Of a stretch of 64,000 bases of DNA, positions 50,801 to 63,185 are shown in pieces. Made by a program: the position numbers and the translations under genes. Under the pieces are notes generated by a model that was not told the origin of the DNA, searched no databases, and was given only the letters and a program-made list of their open reading frames with translations. Source of the DNA: Antedon mediterranea (lineage: Eukaryota > Animalia > Echinodermata); NCBI RefSeq assembly GCF_964355755.1, contig NC_092678.1, forward strand, positions 3,736,422 through 3,800,421, given 5' to 3'. Position 1 is the stretch's first letter, and the number at the start of each line of letters is the position of its first letter.

Positions 50801-53800
50801 TTCAGTCAATAGTCTAGACATCTTGCTGTTAATGTTTCTCTCCAGGGCTTTCCTGCACAGAAGAAGTAAGGACATATAGATCACCTCTGTGAAATGCACT
50901 GGGGTAAAAAGCCACAGACTAACCCATGAAAATTTTCAGACAGACAAACAGATCTATGAATTGGTTTCTATCTTTCTCCAAAATAAATGTGTAGTTTTCC
51001 TAAGTAAAATAGCTGTTTTATATTGAAAGAATAAATAGATTCATTAGCCAACAAAGTAAATTAGAAAACAAAGTATAGAACATTTAAATTTAACTTAACG
51101 AAAAGGAGAAGACAACAAAAATTTAATTGATGCCAACAATTGTTAAATATCAGGGACTATCTACTAAAGGTAAATGCAAATAATTGCCAGACCTGGAGAT
51201 ATTAAAAAACCAGAAGAAAGTTTTTCAATAATTGTAATGAAAAAAGATTTTGACAAAAATAATCCAATTTTATGTATCTAGATTATCATTTTACTCTTAG
51301 TTTGTCGAAATAAATACAATTACGAACAATTAATTACCGACAACAACGGATTTCAGCAGGGTTCCAGTGACATTGACCCAAAAGTCACAAGCACCCATTT
51401 TGATGATGTATCCTTGTTCCAAACATCTTATACCACAATTATCTATCTCTAATGCTTGTCTATTGAGCAGTTTCCTATAGTATAAGTCAAGGGTAATAGT
51501 AATACTGTCTATCCTATTAAATATAAAGTATGTAATCTTTGAGTGGTGTAAACAATGTTTACAATTTTAGTGGTCAAACGAGCATAAAGGTCAGACGTAT
51601 GGTCACTCTTGACCCTGGGTGGATTACTGCTTATAAAGTACCTACATTTTATTAATTATCTTTGACAAATAAAGTACTCATGAACTTGGACAGAAGTGCA
51701 ATAATATTATCTGATTATTGTGGTTAACTATCATTCCTCCCTTCCCATCTCAGTAGTCCTGGTTCAGTCATGGACATGGGGAAATTTCTGCTTTGAGTGA
51801 ACACTATATACCTGCATCTCAACTTATTAGTGCAAAATAGTGGAAGGTCGAACATGATTTTTATTGACGTTACACAATAAATACTAAAACTATAGTATCA
51901 TGTTAACGATGTCGTTCCACACCTTGTGGTAAAAAAAAAACTGTCAAAAGAATTGTGGTACATCCATTTATTTCCTTGTAGTATCGATTCCTTTGGGATT
52001 TAGGATTTGGGATTTGATTTTGTAACAGTATGTACAGGATAAGACGTTGTCTGTGGGAAGCGTCATGTACCTGTCATTCCTTGTTAAACTCCCTATGGAA
52101 TTAAATATAGCCTTGTCATTCAATTGCTAGTATGTATACTCATTTCATGAAGATTATATGATTTATAATCAAATTTATGATTTCATAAATCAAAAAATAT
52201 TATGAATATTTCCATCATCATCATCATCTAAATCAAAAAACCTTTCTTACGTTTTGTGACGTTATAGACAACCTTAAAACGTGACAAACTAATAAACAAC
52301 TATTTTGCTTTGCTTCCTATTGGTACTAAAATTACTGAAGCGTACAAGTCTCTATCAGCATCCTCCCACTTGCAACCATCAAATCAAAAAATAACAAAGT
52401 ACAAAGCACCTACTAAGTTCTAAATTCTCACACTAATGGAAACTGAACCGACGTCATATTCCAATCAGGATATATTAATCAATAAAATATTAAATTAATA
52501 ATCGACAGGTCAAAACATATTGGGTACTATGTGGTTTTGTATTAGTTGTCAATCAATGTTGAATCCCTCGTTGCTACACAATTCCTGGACGTTAAGTAGA
52601 ATGGGTGTGTTGGAAGTCATTGAACCTATAACATAAGTTTTAATAGGGCTATTGCAAACTTGGGAATGATTATTATTAGTGAATAATAATACTAATAATT
52701 GAAAGCTGAAATTAATATATAACATAACACGGATATGGTCAGATGTTGACCACTCATCTTTTAAAGCCAAGTTTTGTATCCGTATTCAGTCAATGTCCAA
52801 GACTTAACTTCAACCATCTTGAGACTTGGAAAATCCTTCAAAAAACATTTTGTTTTCATTTTAGAAATCTTAAAATGAGGCAAATCTATTTGGCAGATTC
52901 CATCAGGTCATTGACATTGACACTATTATCTGCATTTTTTTTACCTAATTCAAGTTTTTAACTAGTAACAACTAATAGTAGGAAAATTAGATAGATCTAC
53001 ATGCAACTGTAGAAATACTGGAGAAGTAATTGTTTTATGTTGAGCTGTTTCTCTAATTAAAGAAAGAATATGTGATTACCTAACTGAAGTAAAGATTCTT
53101 ATGTCAAATTCCAGTGCTTTATTTTTAACCCAGCCCACCAACATACCTATAGGGTAGTAATTCAAGACTCATTCGTACCAATTCAATCCTTGTTACGGCT
53201 CGATAGGAAATAGTTAAGGAATAACAATGTGTGTTATTTTAATCAGTGCAGACATGACCAAACATGGTACCAGAATCGCATTTGCATCAACAGGTTCAAA
53301 ACAGTCTTGGTCCAAAGAGTCTCCTAAGGTTAATTAAACCATAATTCCTAGACACCTGTATCGAAAATGAGAATGGAAAATAATATGATCTAATTCAATT
53401 TCAACATTTCTCAATTTTTAATTTTATATGTCTGTAATTTTAAATTAACTTATTAGAATTTTAACTCATTAATTAATTATATAATGTAATTCAGTATATT
53501 TGTTTCACACTGTCCAATTGCCTATTTCAAATGTATTATCTTTTTTTTTTATTGTGGACAAATAGTAATTGAATGAAACGAAATGTGTCACAAATTAGAA
53601 TTCATTCAACATTATTTTTCCTCTTTTCGGCACCTAGTAGTTTTATCTTGCCTGGGGGTCTTTTTGTGGTAAACTGACAACAAAAATATTTTAAATATTG
53701 TCTACCTTCCAAAGTAAACATTTTTATAAATTATATTCAATAAATAACTATTAAATATGAAATTTAATCACGATACAATATAGTGATCATATTAGTTGAT

Positions 53801-54540
53801 GATATCCGGTTTGCCAATAAGCTGATCAAACATAAAATCAGGCCACCTCGATGATATTGTCACCAAGTGTCTGGTGACGGCGTGAGACCAGACGACGAAC
53901 ATACTGCCACAAGTTTGGCTGCTGCTGATTTCAGACATTGAAACTTTTTATATTGTTAGTCATCTTTTCCAAATATAGATTGAGAATTATGAATTTAATT
54001 ATTTTATATTTTATTTAATATCTATTTCTCATACATCCTAAAAACCAACTATAAAATCCAGAAAATGTAAAAACAAAACAACAAATATTGTAGCTCAACA
54101 AAGGTTAGGCCAGATCACCTCTATTTCTCATTAAACAATAAAAATTTTCTTAACGCGACATTTTTGCTGGAAAATATATGAAAATCTTTATCGAAAATGA
54201 AAGTTCTAGTCATTTTGATAAATTGGAACCTTCTTAACACCTGTTGAAATAGGGAAACAATCCAAGGCTACGTGTATCCGCTTATACATAAGAATTTCCT
54301 AAGATCAACATTTTAAAAATTAGGATAAATGCGTGTTTATATAAATTCTGAATTGCCTCATTGTTTGAAATTATTCAGGTAGAATAATTACATCTTCCCT
54401 TCGAAACAATTAGTTTATTTTTGCACTAAATTATTGGTGAAAGAGTTTTAGATCACATCATACATATCTCAATAAATTCTTTTACACAAGATTTCTGTAA
54501 ACGCTATACTAGTCATGTTCATCCATGTGCTATACCGGAT

Positions 54541-54708
54541 ATGTATAAACATCACAGGCACAGAATAAATTCTAAACTGCTCGGTGATATAGTGAAATTG
54601 AATTAATTAATTTGAAACGATAAAGATGAGGAAATCTGTGAGAATGAGAAAAAGTTTCCCCAACCGAGATTCGACCCCGGAATCTTCTCCTTCATATGCA
54701 GATGTTCT
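54541..54708 (-). mobile_element. tRNA-derived SINE-like repeat (family 1), inverted copy
   Basis: Reverse complement aligns along its whole length with 31043-31210; adjacent to (TA)n. Confidence 0.75.
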
Positions 54709-55929
54709 ATATATATATATGTGTATATGTATTGTTCCCATTGTAATACATTTCTATGTGATATAACCTTGTACTTTCAATAGGCCATAATGTATTAGAA
54801 CGACTTTTTGTTCAGACATAAATAATATTTAAATAAATTTTCACATCCGGTCGTGTTCTTGGAAATAAAAAAAGAAGATAAATCTACTACTTGAAAGAAA
54901 ATTAGTTCCCTCTCGTAACCAAGCACCAAAATTACGACACTAAACTTGAAACTCCAAAAGTTCACAACCAATGTAATTGGAACTTTTAAAACTGGCATCA
55001 TGAACACACCAAGATACGTGATTGGTCACATATCATGTTAACAAGATGGTGTTCTTGCATTCTGGAGATTGTTATCGTCTGTGACGCAGTTCCTGTTGTC
55101 ACAATAACTACGTCAGTTTCCCTTCTGGGTCACTATAACTTCTAGGTTCCATCAAGATAAACAAAGTATGGCTGTTGAATGATTTGATATCCCCCCTCTG
55201 CAAATAATGAACTTTATAATAATTTTTTTTTATCAGTGAATCCTCATAATAATATATAAACTATCTAAACAAAAATTAATAATTAATTAATAACTACTAA
55301 GAATGTAACATTCAAATTAATCAGAAAAAAATTCTTTTTATTAATTTAACAAATATTCTATTAGTTTTACTTTTTAATGAACTTATTCTTTCATAATTTC
55401 ATAATTTTTTATTTTTTTAAGCATTACAAATAAAAATATATATTAAAACAAATATATACTGTACAAGAATTTGTTAAACAATAATTAAAATACATTAATT
55501 TGAGCTTTTACAATAAAAAGTCGTTCAAATGTGGGTCACTAAATTAGTAATAATCAACTTGTGGGAAGTTAAGTGCATCTTAATCCTAAAGTCCCACTTC
55601 AAGAAACATTAATTTCTGTGTACTTAACTTTCCTAGTAATTATAATACATAGATTAAAATTTAATTCTTGTCAAAAGTTTAAAGGAAAAGATTAAGATTA
55701 AGTATTCAACAAAAACCACCACTCACAATCCAACAGATAAAGTTTACCAAAACCACAGGAAGTTTCTAAACAGAGGGAGTAAGACCCATGCATGGAACAA
55801 TCATCAAGCAGGCTATATATCTCAATCCAAACTGCCTGTCCAGCATGAGTTGTGACTGACAATACACAAGGAACAAACTGAGAGAACAAACATTTTGCTC
55901 AGGAACTGAAATACGTAGATACTTTCAAG

Positions 55930-56035
55930 ATGAAGTTATTGGCTGGTTTATTGGTTGTCTGTTACCTGCAAGCATCATTAGCGTGCTATTGCTCGTTAGA
56001 TCATCCACAAAAGAAGTATTGCACAGCGGACTATG
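55930..56035 (+). CDS. TIMP: TIMP-D exon 1. Gene model join(55930..56035,58877..59218,59647..59768,60359..60562), 257 aa
   Basis: MKLLAGLLVVCYLQASLA|CYCSLDHPQKKYCTADY; donor G|GTGAGT, phase 1. Confidence 0.95.
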
Positions 56036-56839
56036 GTGAGTATTAGTACTAATAATACTAAATTCTTTACTTACAGTCATCTCTTTGCAACTTAGAGTTT
56101 AATAACTCAGCAGATTCGAAATGGACATTTTTATTTTTAAAATAGGTTTTAAATATTGAATTATAACCTCAGAATGTGCCAAAGAAAAGCAAGCATCTAA
56201 GCCTGCAACTTGCAGTAGTTTTTAACAATGATATTTATTTATAATGAATTGTATGAAGTTATATATGAATAATCAACAAGATATATTTGCATAACATTAC
56301 CGGTGAATCTGTATTAATTCATTTGATTAATTTTGGCAAATAACAGTAACAACATTAACTTTTATTTAAAATAAAATATTAAACAAATCATATTTCGATA
56401 AAATAATTATTAAAACGATAATTAAATTAATTTTTAAGGACATGAATCATTCATTCAATTCCCATATCATTTCATATTTAGTGGCACACTGTAAAATTGA
56501 CCCACCAATAAATTATTTATAAATAGGCCAGGAAAAAAGTGCACATAATTCATGCATTTTTTGTATAATGTAATGTATGTGTTTTGAGATAATTAACTTT
56601 TTCTCTCGCGATACATGTGTTCTTAACACTTTCAATGTGGAACGTGAAAGCGAAACTCAAAACCATGCATATGGTAGTAATATTTAAAACGAGTCTGGGT
56701 CGTTATTTACAAAAACATTAACTCTTGATGACCTGTATAAAGTTCAATATGTTTAAATATCATATTATTTTGATGGAAAACTATTTTGTAAATATCAGGC
56801 AAAGTACAAAATTCTTAATAGCCAACAACATTATTCTCA

Positions 56840-56879
56840 CTCCTGAGGATGATCAAAGCATATTGATCGAAACATCGAG
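56840..56879 (+). ncRNA. Minimal type I hammerhead motif (Penelope-type remnant) in TIMP-D intron 1
   Basis: CTC CTGAGGA T GATCAA AGCATA TTGATC GAAA CATC|GAG: catalytic core, 6-bp stem II, stem I CTC/GAG; stem III ACAT is not palindromic. Confidence 0.7.
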
Positions 56880-58876
56880 AAACTCAACAGTTCTTTTCAG
56901 AACTAATACACGTTGTGTACCGCAAACTTGATATCAACATTTGATTTTGCCATGCAAACCTTCAAACAAAACATGATTTTGTTTGTATCATCAATATTAC
57001 TAAGATCATAGAAAAAGTATATTTTTAGTTCATCCAAGTTTTGTCAAAGGATACATGATACCTTTTTAAATTTTGGTAGAAAGGATGGATTTAATACCAC
57101 AATATTGTCTTTGCAAAAAACATTATTTATTTATGACTTTAATGAAACTAGATTAAAAAGTTAAATTTCACAAGCTTGAACGGCTCCACTAATTCTTTAT
57201 ACAATAGTGTCATGCAATTGATAGGAAATGGTATTACTGTAGTAGATATCAGGAAACAGATATAGAGAAATAATGCCTTTAGGTCGGGCCTGGGACCTGG
57301 TTTATCACCCAGGGTACAGTGGAGATTTGCTAGCATTCTTCTGGCTCCCCTTGGGCTCGTGGCACTAACTGCAAGTCACTTAAAGCTTGAGAAAGTTGGC
57401 GTTTGTAATTGGCTAGAGAAATTATGCATAAATTACATTGTTTTTTAAGGAATTAAAGTAAGTAATGAGACAATTTAGATGTCAAGATCTAATTATAAAT
57501 TTGAAAATGTTAATATCCAGATAATTAATAATCAACTACAAACTAATATTTTCCAATTTATCCTTCAAAATATTGTATTGTTGCCAAGAATAACATGGTT
57601 TTGCTCCACTTAACACAATTTAAGAGCTTAATTTATTTCCATTGCATTAAACAATATTAATATGAGATATAATTCATCTATATTAGAATCTATATAATTC
57701 TTCAACAAAAACTAAATCGTTAATCTAAATGGACTAAGCCAATGACCCTAATTCTTGTTCCTAATCTCAAAAGACCTAAGATTTGTAATCCACCTGCCAT
57801 TTTAAAGATATTTTCTTAAAAATGAAAAAAGTTTCCAAACTAACACAACTTATTTAAAACTGGAAAATCTTTTACTTCACAGTGTTGTAACAAAAATTTT
57901 AGAAATTATAGTTCAAAAACTTTTATTCCAGTACTTTCCACAACACATTAAAAAAAAAAATTTTTTTACTATATAAACTTTACTTTTTTTAAAGTTTTGC
58001 AATATAGTTGGGTTGAATCGCCTTATTGAAAGGGCTTCACATTATAACTAGTCATTCCATATCCTATTTCACTTTTAATCCACCTTAAGTTTTTTGCCAA
58101 TACCTCATAATTGTGAACATCAGGAAAAGCCAGTGGTCATGTATGAAAGCATGTTTCTAATAGGATTTTGTAAAGAGTTAATCCAGATTCTATGAAGATT
58201 TGGCCATATCCCACTATGAATGAGTAACTGTCACTGAACATTCACAGTGTTGAACTTTTTTCCTACGAAAGATTTTCAAATAATAAACATTGGGAAGATT
58301 TACTTTGTAATTTGAGACAACTTGTTAATTTCTATTTCTTCTCTGAACCTTAAACAATCAAACAAAAAGAAAAATGCTCTTATCAATTTCTCCGAATTCT
58401 AACAGTACATTCATAAAAATTGTTCAATAACCTGGCAACCCAGATGGTTTTACTTCCCAAACATGACTTTTCCCAAACAGATAATAATGCTGCTTGGTTT
58501 GTTTTCCTGTGAAACAAAAAGATTTAATTCAAAGCAGTACACTTTTAATTAATTTACTTGGCTCTACCTCTTCTTTTAACCACAAAACAATTCAAAACTG
58601 GTAGAGATATTGAGGTGTTGTTGAACTGAATATGGGCCTGTACACCAGGCAATAATAGCAGGATAGACAGATAGCTGATTTTGTGGTTACCACTTTCTTC
58701 TCAACATCCTTGTCTTCACGGGGAACCTCTAACTTAATTAGAGATAATAAAGTGAATTTTAATAGGTAAATGTCAATGCTGATACTGATGTATGAAGAAA
58801 AGTATTTTGTTTGGAAACAAAGTTGTAGCATTGCAACATAGCATATAATTGTCCTTTAAAATTTTCTTTATTGCAG

Positions 58877-59218
58877 CTATTCGTGGGAAAATAATCACAA
58901 AAGAAAACGTTTACCAACATGTTGAACCAACAACTAAAGCTCCAGTTGAGAACGAACCAATCCAATCAATGGTTAGATTTGCCGAACCTGTCGGATTTGG
59001 TGGTGGACCAGTTGGATTTGGTGGCGGACCTGTCGGTGTTGGAAATACACCAATTGATTCCAAGAGACCAATCGCAATCAAGTACTTTGTCCGTGTTGAG
59101 AAGATTTATAAGGGAAAAGACCTTATGACGGACAAAAAGGTTGAGATCATCACGCCACCAACAGATTCACTTTGTGGGGTTGTAAACTTAGAGGTCAACA
59201 GTGTTTATCTTCTTTCAG
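58877..59218 (+). CDS. TIMP: TIMP-D exon 2 (with PVGFGGG repeats)
   Basis: AIRGKI...YFVRVEKIYKG...TPPTDSLCGV...VYLLSG; acceptor ttgcag, donor G|GTAAAT. Confidence 0.95.
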
Positions 59219-59646
59219 GTAAATATGCTATCCTATAAAAAGAAATTAGATGCAAAACTGCATATTCACACAAAAATGGCTAATGAAATTACCTTGAATA
59301 ACTACTTGTAAAAGGTTAACTGTTCGTGTTTATCTTCTATCAATTGCATTAACAAAATATCATATTACAGTATATGATATTTATAAATTAGATACAGAAC
59401 TGCATATTCCTCAAATTGGCCAATAACATTAATTTAAATAATTAATGATGGCAGTAGTAAAACATGCAAAACCAAGAACAACTAATAGAATACAAAACAA
59501 TACAATATTCAAAGGAAATTATTAAAAAAAATATTTCACAAGGTCAGGGTTACTATAAAAAGTTTTTCTATGTTTTTATTAACTTTTTTCCTTGACAAGT
59601 GGTTAGAATTTATGAATAACAAAACTATGTACCTTTTATTAAATAG

Positions 59647-59768
59647 GTCGTAAGTGGGAGAATGACCTCCGAATAGAAACTTGTGGTTGGATCGCCAAAT
59701 ATGATGATTTATCCAGACGACAACGACAAGGTCTTAAGAAAACGTACAACAACTGTGACGATTGTCAA
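59647..59768 (+). CDS. TIMP: TIMP-D exon 3
   Basis: RKWENDLRIETCGWIAKYDDLSRRQRQGLKKTYNNCDDCQ; donor GTAAGT. Confidence 0.93.
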
Positions 59769-59934
59769 GTAAGTATTTAGTTTAATCATTTTTAATCCGA
59801 TTTCAAAATTTGTATCGCTTATAAAACGTTCCCTTAGAATTGACCAAACAATAAGTTGTATACCCTTTTCAAATGCATTCATTTTAAACTGTGTTACTGT
59901 ATCCCTATAGTTACTCTCCTATTCAGTTTAGCTT

Positions 59935-60275
59935 TATCATCCCCTGTCGGATGTAACCCTCCTCATGTGTCTGCCAATCCCATCTGTTCTGTGCTGTCCT
60001 CGCCCACGTGATGCCTGCATACTTTGTAATGTCGTCCCTCCATCTCCGTTTCTGCCTTCCCCTTTTTTTTTGTGCCAGTTCTTGGTTGCCAGTCTGTCAT
60101 ACATTTTGTCCACCTGTTGTCATCCCTTCTTGCAAGGTGTCCCGCCCAACACCATTTTGCTTCTTTTATTTTGTTTATTATATCTTTGACTTTAGTCAAT
60201 TTCCTTATTACTGTGTTTCTGATTTTGTCCCTAATTGTCACTCCAAGCCTTTCCATAGTTACTCTCCTATAGAGG
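59935..60275 (-). mobile_element. RTE-type LINE 3' fragment, antisense in TIMP-D intron 3
   Basis: LGVTIRDKIRNTVIRKLTKVKDII...KWCWAGHLARRDDNRWTKCMTDWQPRTG. Confidence 0.88.
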
Positions 60276-60358
60276 ACGTCAATTAATTTGTTGATATTTA
60301 GCAACAACTGGAAAATACTGTATTTTAAATTTCATTCCTAACATTTTTCTTTTTTTAG

Positions 60359-60562
60359 ATCCAACTATGTTATGGACCATACTGCCCATCAAAACAGGAG
60401 GGTCTGTGTATGTGGGACTCTTCCGGTCTTTATGAGGATTGCGAATCAAAATATGCCCACTGTATGGAGAACAAAAAAGGAAAGTGCATTTGGAATGGAA
60501 AATCTGATTATAAAGCATGTAAAAGTAAGCGTGAAGCTGAAAAAGAAGCACGCACGCCATAG
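60359..60562 (+). CDS. TIMP: TIMP-D exon 4
   Basis: IQLCYGPYCPSKQEGLCMWDSSGLYEDCESKYAHCMENKKGKCIWNGKSDYKACKSKREAEKEARTP*; acceptor tttttttag. Confidence 0.95.
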   Translation: MQLCYGPYCPSKQEGLCMWDSSGLYEDCESKYAHCMENKKGKCIWNGKSDYKACKSKREAEKEARTP

Positions 60563-62852
60563 ATTTAAGTTTATAAACATAATCTTTTTCCTGTCTAAAG
60601 TGTTGAGTGTGACTTTTTTACAAAGTTTGTACAAATTGTATATTAAAATTAACTTTAGAATGATGGTTGTATATAAATTAAACATAAAATATATGTGATC
60701 CTCTTTAAGTAAAGATTGACTTTATAATCAACCAATGAAATAGTTAAAAATGTGCAACTCTTAAATTATTTTTTAGCTCTATTAAGATGAAAAATGAGTT
60801 GTTGAAGAGAAGCTGATTATTAAATTAATTATAGTTTAGTAACTCGAAAAAGATATTTATGGTTTATTAAAAAAAAGATTGTTATTTTAACAACGAGGAG
60901 GGAATAAAATTCCAAAGATTATGTAAATTCATGACTACAAGTTTTTTTATTTTAAAATCTCTGAATTATGAAATTTCATTATAAAACTCTGTGGGGACAA
61001 AAGTGCACAATGATGTTACCTAATAAGGTGTCTTTCTTAAAAGGCGTGTGTTAACGAAATAAGGTTTTATTTAGGTATAATAAGGTCAACACATCATTTC
61101 AAGTTCTATAAATCACACATTTTAAATTCCTAAGGAGGAGAATCTTAACAGCTAGAATATTATATAAGATTGATTAAAACTGAAATACTTTACTAAAAAA
61201 GAGGAAGCAGTCGAAAGTGAGTCATAATTTATATGACATAAGCTGTCACAAAAAAGCTGAAATAAAACCCCTCAAAAATGTATAAAATTTAATAAATTTA
61301 AAATGGCAAAATGTTTATATTTCAATCTTCAACAAAAAACCATGGCGTTTAACAAATTCACATTTCTTTTTCAAATGAATTCCTTATCCATGTCTATATT
61401 ATTGTCAATGCCAATATATCTTTTTTCTGAAACTTAATAATGAAATAGAATGAAATACCAGAAAAATGTAACTAGAATAGCACACAAAGAGAGAAATGGA
61501 AATTTCTGACCAATATGATGAGCTAACAACAAACGCCAAATTTAAAATCACAATTAAATAGTAACACGTGCAATTTGTGATACAATATTATATTTTCTTA
61601 TCATAAGCTTATTACGAATCATTACAGACATAAATAAATCATATCAAATCATCTGACTTGCTCAAAAGTAATTGTTTCTTGATCCTGGAGCGTAATTCCT
61701 GTATTACAGTCCAATAAGGAAATGAATCGGTTTGCTTTTAAGACCTCGTACATGAAGTGGTGATGACCAAACATGGAACATAGAACCTACTTGACTTTAC
61801 ACCAATAATCCCAAGTGACACTATAACAAACTATTGTAATTGTTGTCTCGTAATAACTGTCATTTACATATGCTAAAGTACTTTATTTTAAGACATAATA
61901 AGCTAATCTAATCATCTAAAAATTTATTCTTTTAGAGAACAAAAACATTTTCAATCAAAACAGACAACAATAGGACCTCTGCTAAATTATCTATGTACAG
62001 AAACCATAGATTTTTAACAATAGAAACCTCTTTAACTAGAAGATAAGAAACAGAAAAGGCCACATTTACCATTTGATTGCAAACTGCCTTCGCCTATTTT
62101 TTCCACATAATTTTTTTATTTGCATCCTATTCTTTTTTAGCACACGCAAAGGTAAACTGGAGAATGTCGTATCTTAGAAATCATATGCATCTTTACATTT
62201 TTTCCTTGATTGAAGCCAATATTTTAAGGGTTAACTGCTACAAAATAAATTAGAACGAATGAGTCAACAAATCACGAGACAAACGATTCTGTCTGCGAAA
62301 TCTACTTCGTGCAGTTTACAAACCTTTCTAATAAAACAATACATTGTCAACGATTTTTTCAGCAATCTCACGATCGAAGTTGGCAAGATTAACTAACTTC
62401 TTAGATATTAAACAAGAAATCTTAAAATCTAATCAGCTATAATAAGACATTTGATTAAAAGCCAGGTGTTATGTTACGAATAATCTGATACAGGTCCTAG
62501 GGGGATGACGATGACAGGTGTCATTTATGCAAATGAACCAAGGGTATTTAGAGTCACCTAATTTCGAGAACCTACGAGAATACACGCTTCTTCTGTTTTG
62601 TTAAACTCTACACGTAAGGATTTATTTCAATGAAATATGTAACATTGGAGAAGTTTGTAACATTAGATCATGATACTTTGTTACTGTACATTTCACAGAA
62701 ATAATGAATGCTGTAAGATGATTAGATTAAATGATTGTCGCTTTTTGAATAGTTTTCAAGTTAATATGTGTTAGTATGCATCAAGTATACAGTAGACCTT
62801 ATACATGCATACAACTATTCAGATTAAAACAATTTTGCTACAAACACAAATC

Positions 62853-63000
62853 AGAGAAAAGAGCCTGGAGAAGGAAAATTGTCAAACCTTCGACTTTCTA
62901 CATCAGCGACAACTGCAGCAGACACTGCCACGCCAACATTGGCCTTGGTAGGCCACAAACGACAGTGCAAAATTTGACAGTTATTTGTTATGATTGAGGA
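62853..63000 (+). mobile_element. RTE LINE extreme 3' end (C-terminal Zn-finger-like motif)
   Basis: EKRAWRRK...STFYISDNCSRHCHANIGL then, frameshifted, GHKRQCKI*; resembles the RTE terminus KRxRRK...CxxCxRxCxSRIGLxSHxRxC. Confidence 0.6.
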
Positions 63001-63002
63001 GG

Positions 63003-63185
63003 CACAACCACATATCTCATAAAAAACCATTTTAAAATACAAACCAAAGATTGACAGAGGCCTTTATAAGCACACAACCACGTATCTCATAAAACCATTT
63101 AAAAATACAAATCACAGATTGACAGAGGCCTTTATAAGGACACAACCACCTATCTCATAAAAACCATTTTAAAATACAAACCACA
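63003..63185. repeat. Tandem repeat, about 69-bp unit, about 2.7 copies
   Basis: CACAACCACxTATCTCATAAAA(A)CCATTT...AAAATACAAA...AGATTGACAGAGGCCTTTATAAG starts at 63003, 63073 and 63141. Confidence 0.92.
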
